DNA of 62,971 bases, filler included, from Reclinomonas americana ATCC 50394 (taxonomy: Eukaryota), in the NCBI GenBank assembly GCA_048213135.1. It is 6 parts of 4 records of this genome, joined end to end, with 100 filler letters (N's around TTAATTAATTAA, not from the genome) between each part and the next. Parts side by side here need not be neighbours in the genome. Positions count along the whole stretch, not along the records: positions 36,392 to 46,429 come from PS015398.1; positions 46,530 to 60,527 come from PS015398.1; 4 more parts are not named here. One strand, given 5' to 3'. Below, one piece after another: positions 36,392 through 50,248 of this stretch. Numbering within the stretch: the stretch's first letter is position 1; each line of letters opens with the position of its first letter. A program made the translations under genes and the position numbers. The notes beneath the pieces were generated by a model that had not been told where the DNA came from, did not search any database, and saw only the letters and a list, made by a program, of their open reading frames with translations.

Positions 36392-36538
36392 GCCATTGCC
36401 GCTGCGCGAAGTGACGCGGAGAATCGCACTGAGCAGGGTGTGCATCTCTCCCATCCCTCCTGTCGCAGTTATTGGTGTTCTCGGTCACGTGATTCCTCAT
36501 CTGAGTGGTGCATGCACGCAGCTGCCCACCAGAAGCAC

Positions 36539-39500
36539 ATGGAACACACGGCGATGGAAGGCATCGTCGAGGTACAGTGACTGTGTGTCATTCCCAGATG
36601 AGCGTGTCTCTCAGCAATCTCTCTCTCTCTCTCTCTTGGTATGATTGCACAGCAACGTGCGAGGAGGCGGCGAGTCGACTCGTCTCTGGTGGATCACAGT
36701 GAGGACTTGCCTGCGCGTGCATCGTCCCGCAAGCGTTCTCTGGAGGTGAGCTCCGATGAGGCATGCGTCTCACTTGCCTCTTTCTCGTGCATCGCAGTTT
36801 GCACCTGATGTTTTCTCATCGTTGTCTGCAGGTGGATGCACCCATCGACGACGAGCTTGCACCGCCAAAGAAGAAAAAGAAGGTGTGGATTATGTCATTG
36901 TCATGGTTCTGCTTATTCATCGATCTGCATTCGGTTCACTTGTGCTAATTGATGCATGTTGTGGATTCACTGCGTGGCAAGACTCGAGTTGAGAAAGAGC
37001 CAGTGGAGTTGAGCGCAGACGAGAAGCTGTTGTTTAACAAGCTGCTCGTTGAGTATGCATGCTCTCGCATCATTGCGACCCATCTCCTCGTCGCACTCAC
37101 TGTTCTTCTTGTCACTCGCAGCGGTGCAACCGGAAGAGGATTCTGCTGAAGGCATTCGGCCTGGTGGCGCCCATTGTCCAAGGATCCACAATCATCCACT
37201 ATCAGAGTGCTATCTTTGAGCTGGCCTGTGACGACTGTGGGATTCCATTGTTGGATCTGGGTCGCGCGTCATCTGCGATCAAAAGAGCATTCGGCAAGAG
37301 TCTTGGCTTGAGTGCCATGGGTTTACGCGCCAGAACGCCAAAATCAGTGGAAGGTGTGCTCCGGCGAGTGGGCAACTATATCGAGGTGAGCAAGCATGTG
37401 TGCCTGTGAATGACCGTGGCGTGTGAACCGACATGCATATGATTGCAATCTGCAGATGAGCAAACTCAGTGGCGCGGCTCTGGTGGATGCTGTGGGGAGT
37501 CCACTAATTGTGGTGGATGAGCGTGGGTATTCGAAAGTGTGTTTGTGATGCATGATTTTCTGCTTGTGTTGTGATTATGTCGACTGACTTCCGTTCACTC
37601 GGCTTGCTTGTGACAGGAATCGTGGGAGAAACTGGCACCACTGCACAAGACCAAGAAAGACAAGCTTCAGTCGTTTGTCAAGCAGGCCATGGATGCGTTG
37701 CGCGAGTGCGACGGACTCATGGCCGCTCTGCTTCGAGACTGCCACCTCTCCGAGTCCGAGATATCATGTGCCGTTGCTTGGTGCCGATCGAAAGGTCTGC
37801 AATTTCATGATCATGCGTCTGTTGCTGTTGGTTGCACTGGTATTGATCAGCACCGCGCAGAATCTGGCGATGTGAAGATGGTGGTGAAGGAGGAGAAGGA
37901 GGTGGAAGAAGAGAGTGATGCCGTCAAGCTTGAACACGATGACACCAAGGTACGCAGCAATAGTGCATGAGTAAGAGAGGCTTGTGGCGAATGTGCGAGT
38001 CTCGGTCAAGCGTTGATGCCTTGTGTGTTCGTAGGTGGATGCAAGCAGTGACAGTGACGAAGAACAAAAGCCGAGCAAGGTACGACGATGCTAATGTCTG
38101 CGTGGTTGATGAGGCAGGCTTGCTGATTGTGGATGTCGCGTCGTGTGTGCATTTGCAGCGCGTCAAGGGTGGTCGCGATGCTTTCGATGCGAGTCTGAGC
38201 AAGGACGAACGAATGACGTTGGACAGACTGCTTGTTGCGTGTGCATGTCCTTTGCACCTCAGCAAGACTGATTGGTTGACACTTCCATGTGCTCGCCTAC
38301 CGTCACACCTTATGTATGCGTGTGTGTGCGAACAGCGATGCAACAAGAAGAAGATACTGGTGAAGGCATTCGGCATCATGGCACCTGTGGTGATGCGATC
38401 TGCAGTCTGGCATCATCAGCGCGTTCTCGTTGAACTCGCATGCAAGGAGTGTGAGATCCCTTTTTCAGGAGCTGGCAGTCCGCCGCCCGCAGTCATGGAC
38501 TCGTTTGGCAAGACTCTTGGCGGTGTCGTCCAACATACACGCATCAAGACGACCAAGTCCGTTGAGGGAGTGCTTCAGAGCATGAGCAAGTTCATTGAGG
38601 TGAGCATATGTTTTGTTCATCTCACACATAACTGGAAAGGGAGCCAACATCGATGCATGTGCAACTGCACAGAAGAGTGCACTGCGCGGTGCTGCTCTGG
38701 CAGATGCCATTGAGAGACCATTGATTTTGGTGGATGAACGTGGCCATTCTGAGGTGCGCCAACTTTCTATTGTGTGCATTTTTTGCATTTCTCGGTTTGT
38801 GTCGGCTCACGTGCTTCATTCACGATGTCGATAATGCTGCAGGAATCGTGGGCGATGATGGAGAGGAAGCGGAAGAGCAACGATCCTCTCCTGCCGCTCA
38901 TCGCCCAAGCCGCGCAGGCCCTTCGCGAGTGTCCTGGCTTGCAAACGTCGTTGATTCGAGACGGCTGTCTCTCGGAAGTGGAGATGGCACGGGCCGTCGA
39001 GTGGTGCACCGAAAGAGGTCTGATGGCATCGAGTACGTCCTACCGTGCTTGGGGTCAGGACTGACAAGTGAGATGCAGCTCTGCTGGAGGCGAAGGTGAT
39101 GAAAAAAGAAGAGATGAAAGAGGAGGACGAGGAGAAGGATGATTCGAGGGAGGAAATGGACGACGATGAGGACGACAACATCAGTGAAGATGACAGGAGG
39201 AAGGTACGACCATGTTCGGTGGGGCGGTTGTGCACACTATGACAGCATCTCATGATGTGTCCACAGCGACGAGAGAGTGGTTCTGCGGCAATGAGCAAGG
39301 ATGAACAGCTGTTGCTGGCAAGGCTTCTTGTTGCGTGTGTTTGCATTTATGGCCTTCTCTGGCAGTCGTCTGGCTGATGAGTGACCGATGTGTTCCATGC
39401 GGGAGCAGTGCTGCAACAAGAAAAAGGTATTGGTGATGGCATTTGGCATCATGGCACCGATGGCGATGAAATCCACCGTCCGCCATCATCAGCGTGCTCT

Positions 39501-42347
39501 TGTTGACTTGGCATGCAAGGAGTGTGGCGTCCCTCCGTCGAAAGCAGGCTGCCTTTCGTCGGCAGTTATGAGCTCATTTGGCAAGACCTTTGTCAGTGTC
39601 GTCCAACAGGTACGCACCAAGACGCCTAAGTCCGTGGAGGGAGTGCTCCAGATGTTGAGCGACTTTCTCGAGGTGGGTATCGTCCATATTACTTGACTGA
39701 ATCAATCAACGGCCAGCTCTAAAGTATGTACCGCAATGCAGAAGAGTGAACTGCGTGGCGTTGCCCTGGCAGATGCCATTGAGAGACCTCTGGTTGTAGT
39801 GGATGAACGCGGCTATTCTGAGGTGTGCCAGCCTTGCGCTCTTTGTATGTTTTGTGTCGTGAATGGTGTTTTCTCACATTCTGTGCTCTGGAATTCGGTT
39901 GTCAGGAGTCGTCATGCTTGCCCAGGGCTTTGCGCAACCAGCAGAATCCGTTTCTGCCATTTGTCACACAGGCTGTGGATGCCTTCCATTACTGCCCTGG
40001 TCTGCTGGTCACTCTGCTCCGAGACGGATGTCTGTCCGAGTCGGAGATTGCGCGCGCCGCTGAGTGGTGCAGTGCACGAGGTTCGGCTGTGAGGATTCTT
40101 TGCTGCGCTTTGTGCGCATGTGCTCACCAACGACTGAACAGCTCGGAGGGAGATGGAGATGGTGAAGAAAGAGGAGAAGCGGGAGGGAGAGCAGAAGGAT
40201 GAGGACGATGGCAAGGTACGCCCGTCGCTCGTTTCCGGTAGATGCGAGACATGTGCGTGTCCCAACTCTGTGTGGATTGTCCTCCACAGCGCCGCAAGAG
40301 TGGTCCTGCGAAGTTGAGCATCAACGAGCGCTTGATGCTGGCGAAACTGCTTGTTTCGTGTTGCTGCTATCTCTCTGCATGTTTCCAGCACTGCTGTCAC
40401 TCCCGTTTGCTCATCTCGCGTCCGAGAAGGGTTGCAACAACAGCAGGATGCTGGTGAAGGCATTCGGCCTCATGGCACCCGTGGTGCTCAGATCCACAGT
40501 CCTCCATCATCAGCGTGCTCTCTTCCAGCTTGCCTGTGACGAATGCGGAGTGCCGTCGGAGGGACCAGGCTGGCCTTCAGCCGCAGTCATTTCTGCATTT
40601 GGCAAGGGTCTTGCCAAAAGAGCCGACACGGCACGCACCACAACGCCCAAGTCGGTGGAGGGCGTGCTCGAGAGTGTGAGCAGCTTCGTAGAGGCGAGTG
40701 CCAGTGTGGTGTTGCCGTTTCCTTCCGATTGTTATGTGTGTGGTCCCTTACTCGACTTCGACGTGGATGTCATCATCAGAAAAGTGGTCTTCGGGGAGCG
40801 GAGCTGGTGGATGCTGTCGAGGGACCGCTGATTGTGATTGACGAACGTGGTCACTCTGAGGCGCGTGTGAACTGTGTGTGCTGATTGATGTGCGGCATTG
40901 AAAGCTGGCTCACATTGATGTGGCTCGGATGGTAGGAATCAGCAGCAAAGTCGCAGAAGCGAGGCGCTCCTAATTTTCTTTTGCCGTTCGTTACCCAGGC
41001 CAGGCAGGCTCTCCTCAGCTGTCCTCGCCTGCTGGTCACTCTGCTGCGGCACGGCTGCCTGTCACAGGCGGAGATTGCACGCGCCGCCGAGTGGTGCAGT
41101 GAAAGAGGTTTGACTGCTTGTCTTCGTGGCGGGATAATGCATGTGCTGACAAGCAAGTGATCAGTCGTCAGGGAGATGGAGATGGCGAAGAAAGAGGAGG
41201 AGAGGGAGGGTGAGCAGGAAGAAGATGATGATGACAGCGACAATGAGGATGATGACGCGAAGGGAAAGAAGGTTTGCCCGACGCTCTCTTCAGTGAGATG
41301 CGATAGGTTGTCTCAACACTGGATGGCTTGTGCTTCACAGCGCCGCAAGATTGATCCTGCAAAGTTGAGCATCAGCGAGCAATTGATGCTGGCGACATTG
41401 CTTGTTGCGTGTGTTTCTCTGCATGCCGCCACTGATACTGTCATAACCTGCTCACTTTCATCCACCCGTCTATCTCTCGAGAGCAGAGATGCAACAGGAA
41501 GAGGATACTGGTGAAGGCATTCGGCCTCATGGCACCTGTGGTGCTGCCATCCACAGTCTTGCGTCATCAGCGCCTTCTCTTCCAGCTTGCCTGTGACGAA
41601 TGCGGCATGCTGTCGAAGGGACCCGGCTGCCCTTCAGCCGCAGTCTTGTCTGCATTCGGCAAGAGTCTTGCCAATAGTGCCCGAGATACACGCACCACAA
41701 CGCCCAAGTCAGTGGAGGGTGTGCTCGAGAGCGTGAGCAACTTCATCGAGGTGAGTGCCAGTGTGGTGGTGCAGTTTCCTTCCGATTGTAATGTGCGTGG
41801 TCCCTGACTCGACTTCGACGTGGATGTCACCATCAGAAAAGTGGTCTTCGGGGAGCGGAGCTGGTGGATGTTGTCGAGAGACCACTGATTGTGATTGATG
41901 AGCGTGGCTACTCTGAGGTATGTCTCATGATGTGTGGTTCTTTGGATCGATTGCAGCTTTCTCAGTATGCGCACCCTCGCGATCGGATGGCAGGAATCGG
42001 CAAAGTTGGCGAAGAATAATCATTCAAAAGTGCTTCTTCCGCTCGTCACGCAGGCCATGCATATGCTCCGCACTTGCCCTGGCTTGCTAACGTCTCTGCT
42101 TCGAGACGGTTGCCTTTCGAAGGAGGAGATTGACCGTGCTGGTGAGTGCTCCAGATGTAGTAATCTGAGAGCAACTGATGTTGTTGCTCGTCGTGCCATC
42201 GTCAGCACTGACGAGCACGCTGCAGTGCTGGGTGACGAGAAGCCGGTAAAGATGGAGGTGGTGAAGAAAGAGGAGGAGGAGGAGGAGGAGGAGGAGGAGG
42301 AGGAGGAGGAGGAGGAGGAGGACGACGACGAGAACGAGGACATGTAG
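36539..42347 (+). CDS. Uncharacterised protein with five tandem copies of an unrecognised multi-exon domain separated by acidic linkers
   Basis: Units at about 36982-37800, 38159-39020, 39268-40080, 40290-41108 and 41341-42141 share intron positions and motifs CNxxxxLVxAFGxMAP, LACxECG, FGKxL, TPKSVEGVL, LxGAxLxDAxExPLIxVDERGxSE, CPGLxxxLLRDGCLSxxEIxRA. PPKKKKK lies near the N-terminus and there is a poly-Glu tail. The start is uncertain. Confidence 0.75.
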
Positions 42348-42686
42348 AGCAAGAAATTTAGAGTGGTGGTGATGGAGGAGGAGCTGGACGTGCATGGCAT
42401 GACACTGCTGTTGATGGACGATGATATATGCCTGCACCGGTGCGTGACGAAGGGTGTGGGAGTGAGAGACTGTGGGAGGGATAACAGAGAAAGGGGAAGA
42501 GATTGCATGTTGTTTGTGGGATCGCAAAGCTTGTCGTAGAAGCACAGTGCACCAAGTGGAAACTTGGAGCAACTGCCGGAGGGACTCTGCATGTTAGTAT
42601 CGTCTTCGTGCAGCTGACTACGGTTGTCGCAGGAGGAAGAGCGAGACGAATGAAGGAAGATTAGAACCAATTAAACCATATTTCTT

Positions 42687-45600
42687 TCACTCGGCCCAAC
42701 TCGTCACACTCGACGAGGGCGAATCTAGCAAATCTACCGACGCCTGCAGCCGCGACGACGACATCGGTGACAAATGACGCGCCGAGTCCACCAGCAACTG
42801 ATCCTGCATCCCGCTGGCCATCAACTCGGTGTCGATACTCAAGTCGCGATCGGTGGCCACTGGCGAGTACGGATGCACCTGATCACGTGCCGCAAGCCGA
42901 TGCTCCATCATCAGCAGATTCATCTGCGCCATGTCGTGTGAGTGCATTCAACCTAATGCTGAACAGTGACACTGGCGACCGCACCTGTGCATCCAGCTCG
43001 TCCTGCCCAACTGGTAGCATGGCGACATCAGTGCGCAGTCGAACATCGGACCGCGGAATGACCACACCAGCTGCATTTGTTCCAGCTCTAAAGGGCTTGA
43101 TCTTGTGCTGGCCTCTGCAAGAGTGAACGGGAATGGAGCGTGAGTGACGATAAACTGTCTTTGTCTCACTGAATCAATCGAAAAGTTAGTTTGTTCTCCC
43201 AGTCTCTCGCTCCTCTCCCTCTCTGAGTCTCTCTTAATCTCTCTCTCTCTCACTCTGTCTCTCTCACTCTCTCACTCTCTCCTTCTCTCTCTCAGTCTCT
43301 TTCTGTCTCTCAAGTTTCTCTCAGTCCCTTTCTGTTCCTTTCAGTCCCACCCTCCTTTCTCAGTCTCTCCTTCTCTCCCATTCTCTCTCATTCTCTCTCA
43401 TTCTCTCTCATTCTCTCTCATTCTCTCTCATTCTCTCCCATTCTCTGCCATTCTCTCTCTCGCTCTCAGTCCCTCTCCGTCTCTTTCAATCTCTCCCTTC
43501 TTTCTCAGTCTCTCTTCGTTTCTCTCTCAGCCTCTCGCAGCCTCTCATTCTCTCCCTCTCAGTCTCTTTCAGTCTCTCTCAGTCTTCCTCTTCGTTTCTC
43601 TCTCAGTATCTCCCAGTCCCTTTCTGTCCCTCCCTACACTCTCCCATTCTCTCTCATTCTCTCTCAGTCTCTCTCAGTCTCCCTCCTCTCTCATTCTCAG
43701 ACTCTCCCTTCTCTTTTCTTCCCCCTCTCTCAGCCCCTCACTCACCCCTCCATCGGCAACCCATCACCGGTCACCGCCACCTGATGCTGATGGTGATGGT
43801 GATGCTGATGCTGATGCAGTTGTTGATCCTTCTTCTCCCGCCTCCTGGCCGACAACGGCCCTCGAGGCGTCGTCGTCGCCGTACTGCTGGCCGGTCGCGC
43901 ACTGTCCACCGCCACCGTCAGCCGCCGCAACGATCCCGTCTTGGCGTCGCGCACAAAATGGTTGAGCAGCGGATTCGACGTCGTGCCGCACACGCCGCAA
44001 AAATTGGTCGACTTGCCCGGCTCCACCACGCCACCCACCAAATCCGTCTGACTCTTTCGCGTGTTGCGATACAAGCGCGGTGTGAGCACCGTAAAGTTGG
44101 GCGACGGCTGAGCGAGAGATTCACGGTGAGGCCAGTGAGAGACAGGGGGCGGGCGCAGAAAAATGTAACACAACGTAAACGGTTGGCGACGACAGGCGAT
44201 CGAGTACACCGAGAAGGCGCTCGGTGGCCGACGCATCGGGCCGAGGGGTTTGTTGCTGCTGCTGTTTCTGCAGCATGTCAGCGACCGGAAGTAGCGGTAC
44301 ACCAGAGGGAAGCGCCACGCGCGGGGTGCGTGCTCCGCGTGCAGAGTCTGTACAGAGGGTGAAGGTGAGGAGACAGAGAGAGGGGAAGGAAAGAGTAAGA
44401 ACGGGGGAAGAAAAGAGATATCGTTGGAGGGGTATCGGAGATAGGAATGCAGTGGGAAGAGAAGAGAATAGGGAGGGAAGAATGGCAATCACGCAAAGGA
44501 AGGAACGACCTCAAAATGGGTGAAGGAGTAAAGGGGAAGAATGCGCAACCTCCAAAATGGGTGCCGAAACGCAACGGGAAAGAAGGTGTAAAGCGGGAAA
44601 GGATGGACGACGTCAAAAGTGGGTGAAAGAAAAGCAACGGGTAGAAGAGGGCAGGAATGCACGACCTCACAGATCGGAAATAGGAAAGAGTGAGGTACGA
44701 AAGTTACGAGACGATTGCTGCAATACCGGCGCAACACAGAGTGGAAGAGAGCATCTCATAGTGCACCAATGAAGAATGAACAAAGGACTCAAGCCTCAAC
44801 GGCCTCAAAAAAACACAGAAAGAAATGAAGTGAGAGACAAGGTGCGAAGGAGGTGAAGGGAAAGAAGATGACGATGAATAAACGAAATGCATGGGGAAAA
44901 GAATAGAGGGAGCCAAAAAGGACGTCTCTCACATCCATGCCTTCACAAGACAATGAAACAAGCAACGACGGTGTCGACGACAAGAAGGAAGCAACAACGA
45001 AAACCGCACACCAGCATGCACGGCCTCGCATTCAATTGCGGCAGACAGAAAGCACAAGAAGGGTGACATCATTTCCAGATTTGCGACGGTTCACAGGACA
45101 GGAATGAACAGACGTACAAGAGCACAGCAGTCCAGGTCAATCACGCCATCGTACAGGGAGTCAAATTGCCAACTTCAGCCGCACCAAAATAACAGTAGAG
45201 ACAGAGCGCACTTTTCTCCCTCTACCCTGCCTCTCGCACCATACTCACCCAACGGCAATCTTGGCGTCGGTGCTGATGAATCGTGCGGCGTGGACCCAAG
45301 AGAGGGAACCGACGAGAGCGGCAACGACGGCGCAGGATGCGGCTCCGGGAATGCCGAGTTGTCAAGCAGCACGCGAACTGGATCCTCCAACACCGCGTCT
45401 GCAGAAGGAGAGACATTTCGTTAGATTTCCTCTCGTAAACCACCAGACGGTGCAACAAACAATGCCTCGCAACGCTCCACGAAGGAGGAGAGCTCTTTGT
45501 GCCTTCCTCTTACCCTGTCAACTTGCCTTCCTTCCCCTTCCCATCCCCCTTCACCATCCCCCTCACCATTTTTCTGCTGCAGCGCTGCATTCCTCGGTGT

Positions 45601-46429
45601 CCTCAGCGTACTCCGCAGACCACCCCCACTGCGTCCAGACGCCGCGCGCTTCTCCGCCGCCGGCGGTGGTGGTGGCTGCTGCTGCTGCTGCTGCNNNNNN
45701 NNNNNNNNNNNNNNGTCCCACCACCGGACTTGCGCGGCGCATCGTGCGCATCACCCCAGCCGTGCAAGCCCGACACATCGCCCAGCACCGCGCTGGACAT
45801 GCTCAGCGACGAGGCCGAACGCACATGGCGCCGCGGCGACGACACCAGCGCCGTGGTGCCGGCCAGAGACAGGTCGGGCACACTCGGCATTGGTGGCACG
45901 CGGGTGGGCGACGTCCAAGCACCCGCCGATCGCATATTGATGGTGGTGGCGGTGCTGCTGCTGCTGCTGGACTTGGGCCGACGAGGCGACTGCTGGCCGC
46001 CGGTCGGTGGCGGCGGAGGCGACGGGGAGGGCGAGCGGCGGGGAGTGGCCGTAATCGGGAATGGTCGCAGACCACCCATACCGCCCGTAATGTACGCCAG
46101 TGACGTTGGTGACGCGGGAGACGGCGACGCGGCGCCGTGCGTGGGCGACGGCATGGCGAGGGCGCTGTTTGGTCGTGCGCCGCCCCGCGCCGAGCCCAGA
46201 CGAGAGGACGCCGGCCGCGGTGATGTGGCACGCGGCGACGAGGCGCTGTCCTCGCGCTCCTGCCCCAGCAGCGCGGAGGAGAAGAAGGGTGAGCTGAAGC
46301 GGTGTGCGCTAAAGGCGTTGCGGTAGGAGGGTGGGAGGGCGGCCACACTGTCGCGGAGGTCGGCGAGTTGGGCGGAGGGGGAGGTGGGGGAGGTGGCGGG
46401 GGGTGGGGCGGCTGTGGGGGGTAGAGGGG
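42687..46429 (-). CDS. Uncharacterised low-complexity multi-exon gene (5' partial)
   Basis: GC-rich open blocks bounded by CAG acceptors and GT donors at ~46429-45560, ~45400-45248, ~44350-43746 (…FCGVCGTTSNPLLNHFVRD…) and ~43115-42687; no family recognised. Confidence 0.45.
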
Positions 46430-46529
46430 NNNNNNNNNNNNNNNNNNNNNNNNNNNNNNNNNNNNNNNNNNNNTTAATTAATTAANNNNNNNNNNNNNNN
46501 NNNNNNNNNNNNNNNNNNNNNNNNNNNNN
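46430..46529. other. Artificial scaffold-joining spacer
   Basis: N44-TTAATTAATTAA-N44. Confidence 0.97.
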
Positions 46530-46689
46530 TAGAGGGGAAAGGGGGGTAAGGGGGGAAAGGGGTAAGGGGGGGAAGGGGGAAGGTAAAGGGGAAGGGAGGG
46601 GAAAGAAGTAAGGGGTAAGGGGTAAGGGGAAGGGGAGAGGGGGGAGGGGGGAAGGGGGAATGAGAAAGGAAAAATCAACGACGAAGACA

Positions 46690-47330
46690 ATGCAAGTGAG
46701 AAAGAAAAGATGAAATAAAGAACATGCGAAGGAGGCAGGGTGCTCGGGGAGAGAAGGAGTGAGGAAAGAGCGAACCGAAATCAGTGAGGGAGAAGAGAGT
46801 AATTGAGACGAAGTCAGGGAACGACGGAAGAGAGGAACCGATGCGAAAAAATAAAGAGAGAAAGAAGAAGGGAAGCAGTAGAACGGTGATCTCTTTGAAA
46901 AGAAAGAAAGAAGCAACGAAAACAATGCGAGCAAGAAAGAAAAGGAGAATTAAAGATCATGCGTGGCCGACAAGATGCTCGAGGGAGAGAAGGAGTGAGT
47001 GACAGAGCGAAACTGAAATCAGCGAGTGAGAAGAGAGTAATGAGACGAAGTCAGGAGAACGACGGAAGAGAGGACTGAGAGAAAGAACAAGGGAAGCAGT
47101 AGAACGGTGAACTTTTGAAAAGAAAGAAAGAAGCAACAAAGATAATGCAAGCAAGAAAGAAAAGGAGAATTAACGATCATGCGTGGGGGACAAGATGCTC
47201 GAGGGAGAGAAGGAGTAAGGAAAGAGCGAACCATAATCAGTGAGTGAGAGAAATAAGGAAGAAGTCAGGGGAACGACGGAAGAGAGGAACCGATGAAAGA
47301 AGAAGGGAAGCAGTAGAACGGTGACAAACT
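46690..47330. repeat. Purine-rich degenerate tandem repeat (~230-bp period)
   Basis: GCAAGAAAGAAAAGGAGAATTAA.GATCATGCGTGG...ACAAGATGCTCGAGGGAGAGAAGGAGT and GGGAAGCAGTAGAACGGTGA recur two to three times. Confidence 0.8.
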
Positions 47331-47635
47331 GAGATAATAAGAATGTAACAAAGAACACAAGCAGGAGAGGAGAATAGGTTACGGATGAGAGATAAGAGGG
47401 GAGATGGAAACAACAGAATGGTGGTATGACAGACAAGAAGAGCAGCTGCAGAAAGATAAAAGCAACGAGAATACTAGCGATTAAAGAAAAAAGGAGGCAG
47501 AGAAAGTCTGTGTTCTCGAAGTTCCTTCCCTCATTATTTGCTCATCTTCGTGCTCTCTCACTCGCTGATTCGCTTCTCTCCATTTTCCCTCACTCCACCC
47601 CTTTCCACTCTCTTAGTCCTGCTCCTTTCACCTCA

Positions 47636-49584
47636 CCTGGCTCATTTCCGTGCACCGCCAGCTGTGGTCCAGGTGCCACACCACGTTTCCTCGCGTGCTG
47701 TGCACCCACGGCCGCCCGCTGCTTGTTGGTCTTCGTCATGGTGAGGAAGGGATGCAGAGAGACGCGCGTGTCGAGAGCCTTGAGGGTGTAGCGCTCGGCC
47801 GTCTCTCGCACCGCTTGAGGGATGCCGTGGCGGAGGGCGCCGCTGCGAATGAGGGGAGAGGTGAGGCGAGGGGAGGAAAGGGTGGAGGGACAGGGACAAG
47901 GCACTGGCTCCTAATAAAAGTGCCGAGAGTAACCCAAGCACTCTAAATTTTCTCTGCTCTCTCTCTCTCTCACACACTCTCTTCGACGCAGTGATGGTAA
48001 GACCCCATCTGCGTTCAAAGAAATAGGCAATTGCACTCGCTTTCCTGTGCCCATCCCATCCCCCCCAGTCGCTCTCTGCCTCTTATCTCCATCTTCCTTG
48101 CTATTTCCGACACTCTTTGCGTTTCACACGCAGCAATCGTCAGTGTTGCAGAAATGAAACAGGCATCTCAACGCTCCATCACTCGTTGTATTCTTTGCTC
48201 TCTTTCTCTCTTCTGNNNNNNNNNNNNNNNNNNNNNNNNNNNNNNNNNNNNNNNNNNNNNNNNNNNNNNNNNNNNNNNNNNNNNNNNNNNNNNNNNNNNN
48301 NNNNNNNNNNNNNNNNNNNNNNNNNNNNCTCTCTCTCTCTCTGTTCGTCTCCCTGACTCTCTTTCTCTCTCTCTCTCTCTCTCTCTAATCACACGCAGCG
48401 ATTATCAGCTCCGAACACTCAATCATTCTCATCCGTTGCAAACCAATCAAAAAACAGTCTTCCGAACACACCTCCTCCTTCGCCCTCCCACTTCTCCCCA
48501 TCGCACCCACACACGCGCACACACCTTTGCACACTCTGCGTCATCTCCCGATGCGCGCGACTCGTCTTTTGCGTCGCCTTTCTCCCATTCCCCTTGCCCT
48601 GCACCGCCTGCTCAACCTGCGCATGCTGCTCGCCTTCCGCCGCCTTCTCCGTCTTGTTAACCATCACCACCTCACTATCATAGTCATAGTCGCCGCCATC
48701 ATCATCATCATCGTCGTGATCGCGATCGCGATCGAGTCCGCGGATCTCGGCGGAGCTGTAGACGCGACGATGGTGGTCGCTGCTGTTGACGACGCTGTCT
48801 ACGGTGCCAATGTTGCGCGGAGAGGCGAGGAGAAGCGAGGAGCGACGTCGACGGGTGGCGTAGCTGGTGAGAGAAGAGAGGAGAAGGGAGGGAGAGAGAG
48901 TGAGTGTGTGAGGGAAGAGAGTGAGTGAGTGAGTGTGTGTGTGAGTGTGAGTGTGCGAGTGAGGGAGAGAGTGAATGAGCAGAGTGAGTGAGCGTGAGTA
49001 GGAGCGAGTGAGTGCATCTTCTCTGTCGCTTGTGCTGCTTTTTGCCCTTTGTGTGGACACAGCTGTGCGTTCTCTCCATTCTGTCTCTCATTCTCTCTCT
49101 ATCTCTCTCTCTCTCTCCCTCTCTTCTCTCTCTCTCATTCTCTTTGTCTCCCTTTCTCTCTCTTTCTCTCTCTGTGTTATGTAACGAAGCACTGGCACTG
49201 CGTTGATGGCGTGAGGGAGAGGTGGAAGAGGCAGCGGGAGACCGCATGTCTCAACTGAGAGTCGGTCAATGGCACTTTGCGGGTTCGTCCTGCGGCGGTG
49301 GTCGTTGATTGCTCGTCCTGCGAATTACGCTTGCGAGAGACGATGCCGTGCGTGCGCGCGTGCGTGTCTATAAGAAAGAGCGAGTGGTGGGCAAAGCGGC
49401 GATTTGTTTTTTTGAGCAGCTCGACTTCGACGTCAACGATATCGAACGTCGTGTGGCCGCTGCCGTCGCCAGTGCATGAGCAGCGCATGAGCGAATGACG
49501 GAGTAGCTGACACTCAACTGCGCCAGCCAGCGAGCGCGACCAGAACGAAGCAGCCAGGCTCCAAAAAACGCGCGACGTCGACAT
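47636..49584 (-). CDS. Possible uncharacterised gene divergent from TAF5
   Basis: GC-rich open blocks at ~49584-49180, ~48863-48525 and ~47843-47636 (SGALRHGIPQAVRETAERYTLKALD) with plausible splice sites; no family recognised. Confidence 0.35.
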
Positions 49585-49886
49585 TGAAAATCGAGCGCGC
49601 AGTAAAGTGAGCTCGTTTCATGTGTTTTGTTCATCGCCAGTGTGTATTCCTCTCCACATAACAAAACACAGCGCAATGCCATCAGTGCGACAAGCAGAGA
49701 CAAATCACCGCGGGCGCGCAGGACAATCCCCGCGCAAACACACACTTTCACAGCACACCGCGGAGCGCACGCAACCACTGCGCGCAGAAAAACACACAAC
49801 AACTCAGCGCTCTCTCCTCTCCCGCACACGTCTCTGTCTGTCTCTGTCTCTGTCTCTGTGTGCGCGCCATTTCCCCCTCTCTTGCC

Positions 49887-50211
49887 ATGTCTGGTGTTCC
49901 GCCCTCGTCCACTCCTGCAGCAGCCGCCGCGTGGCCTGCTGCAGTGGCGACTGCTGCAGCAGCAGCGGTGCCGGCGGTTGGTGCTGCAGCAGTGGCTGCG
50001 TTGCCGTTGTCGTTGGCGGTGCCTCAGCAGCAGCAACAGCAGCAGCAGCAACAGGCGGCGCCTGTGTATGCAATGGCGGTGGATGGTGTGGGTGAGTGTG
50101 TGTGTGGAGGGAATGTGGATGAAAAGGGGAGGGAATGGGGATGAAAAGGGGAGGGGAATGGGGATTGGGAAATTGGTGAAGGGAGTGTGTGTGACAGGGA
50201 GATAGAGCGTT

Positions 50212-50248
<37 letters not shown>

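Noticed and set aside
47636..47843. Possible TBC/RabGAP motif (LRHGIPQAVR)
   Set aside because: It lacks the following conserved Trp and any other TBC motifs in visible exons
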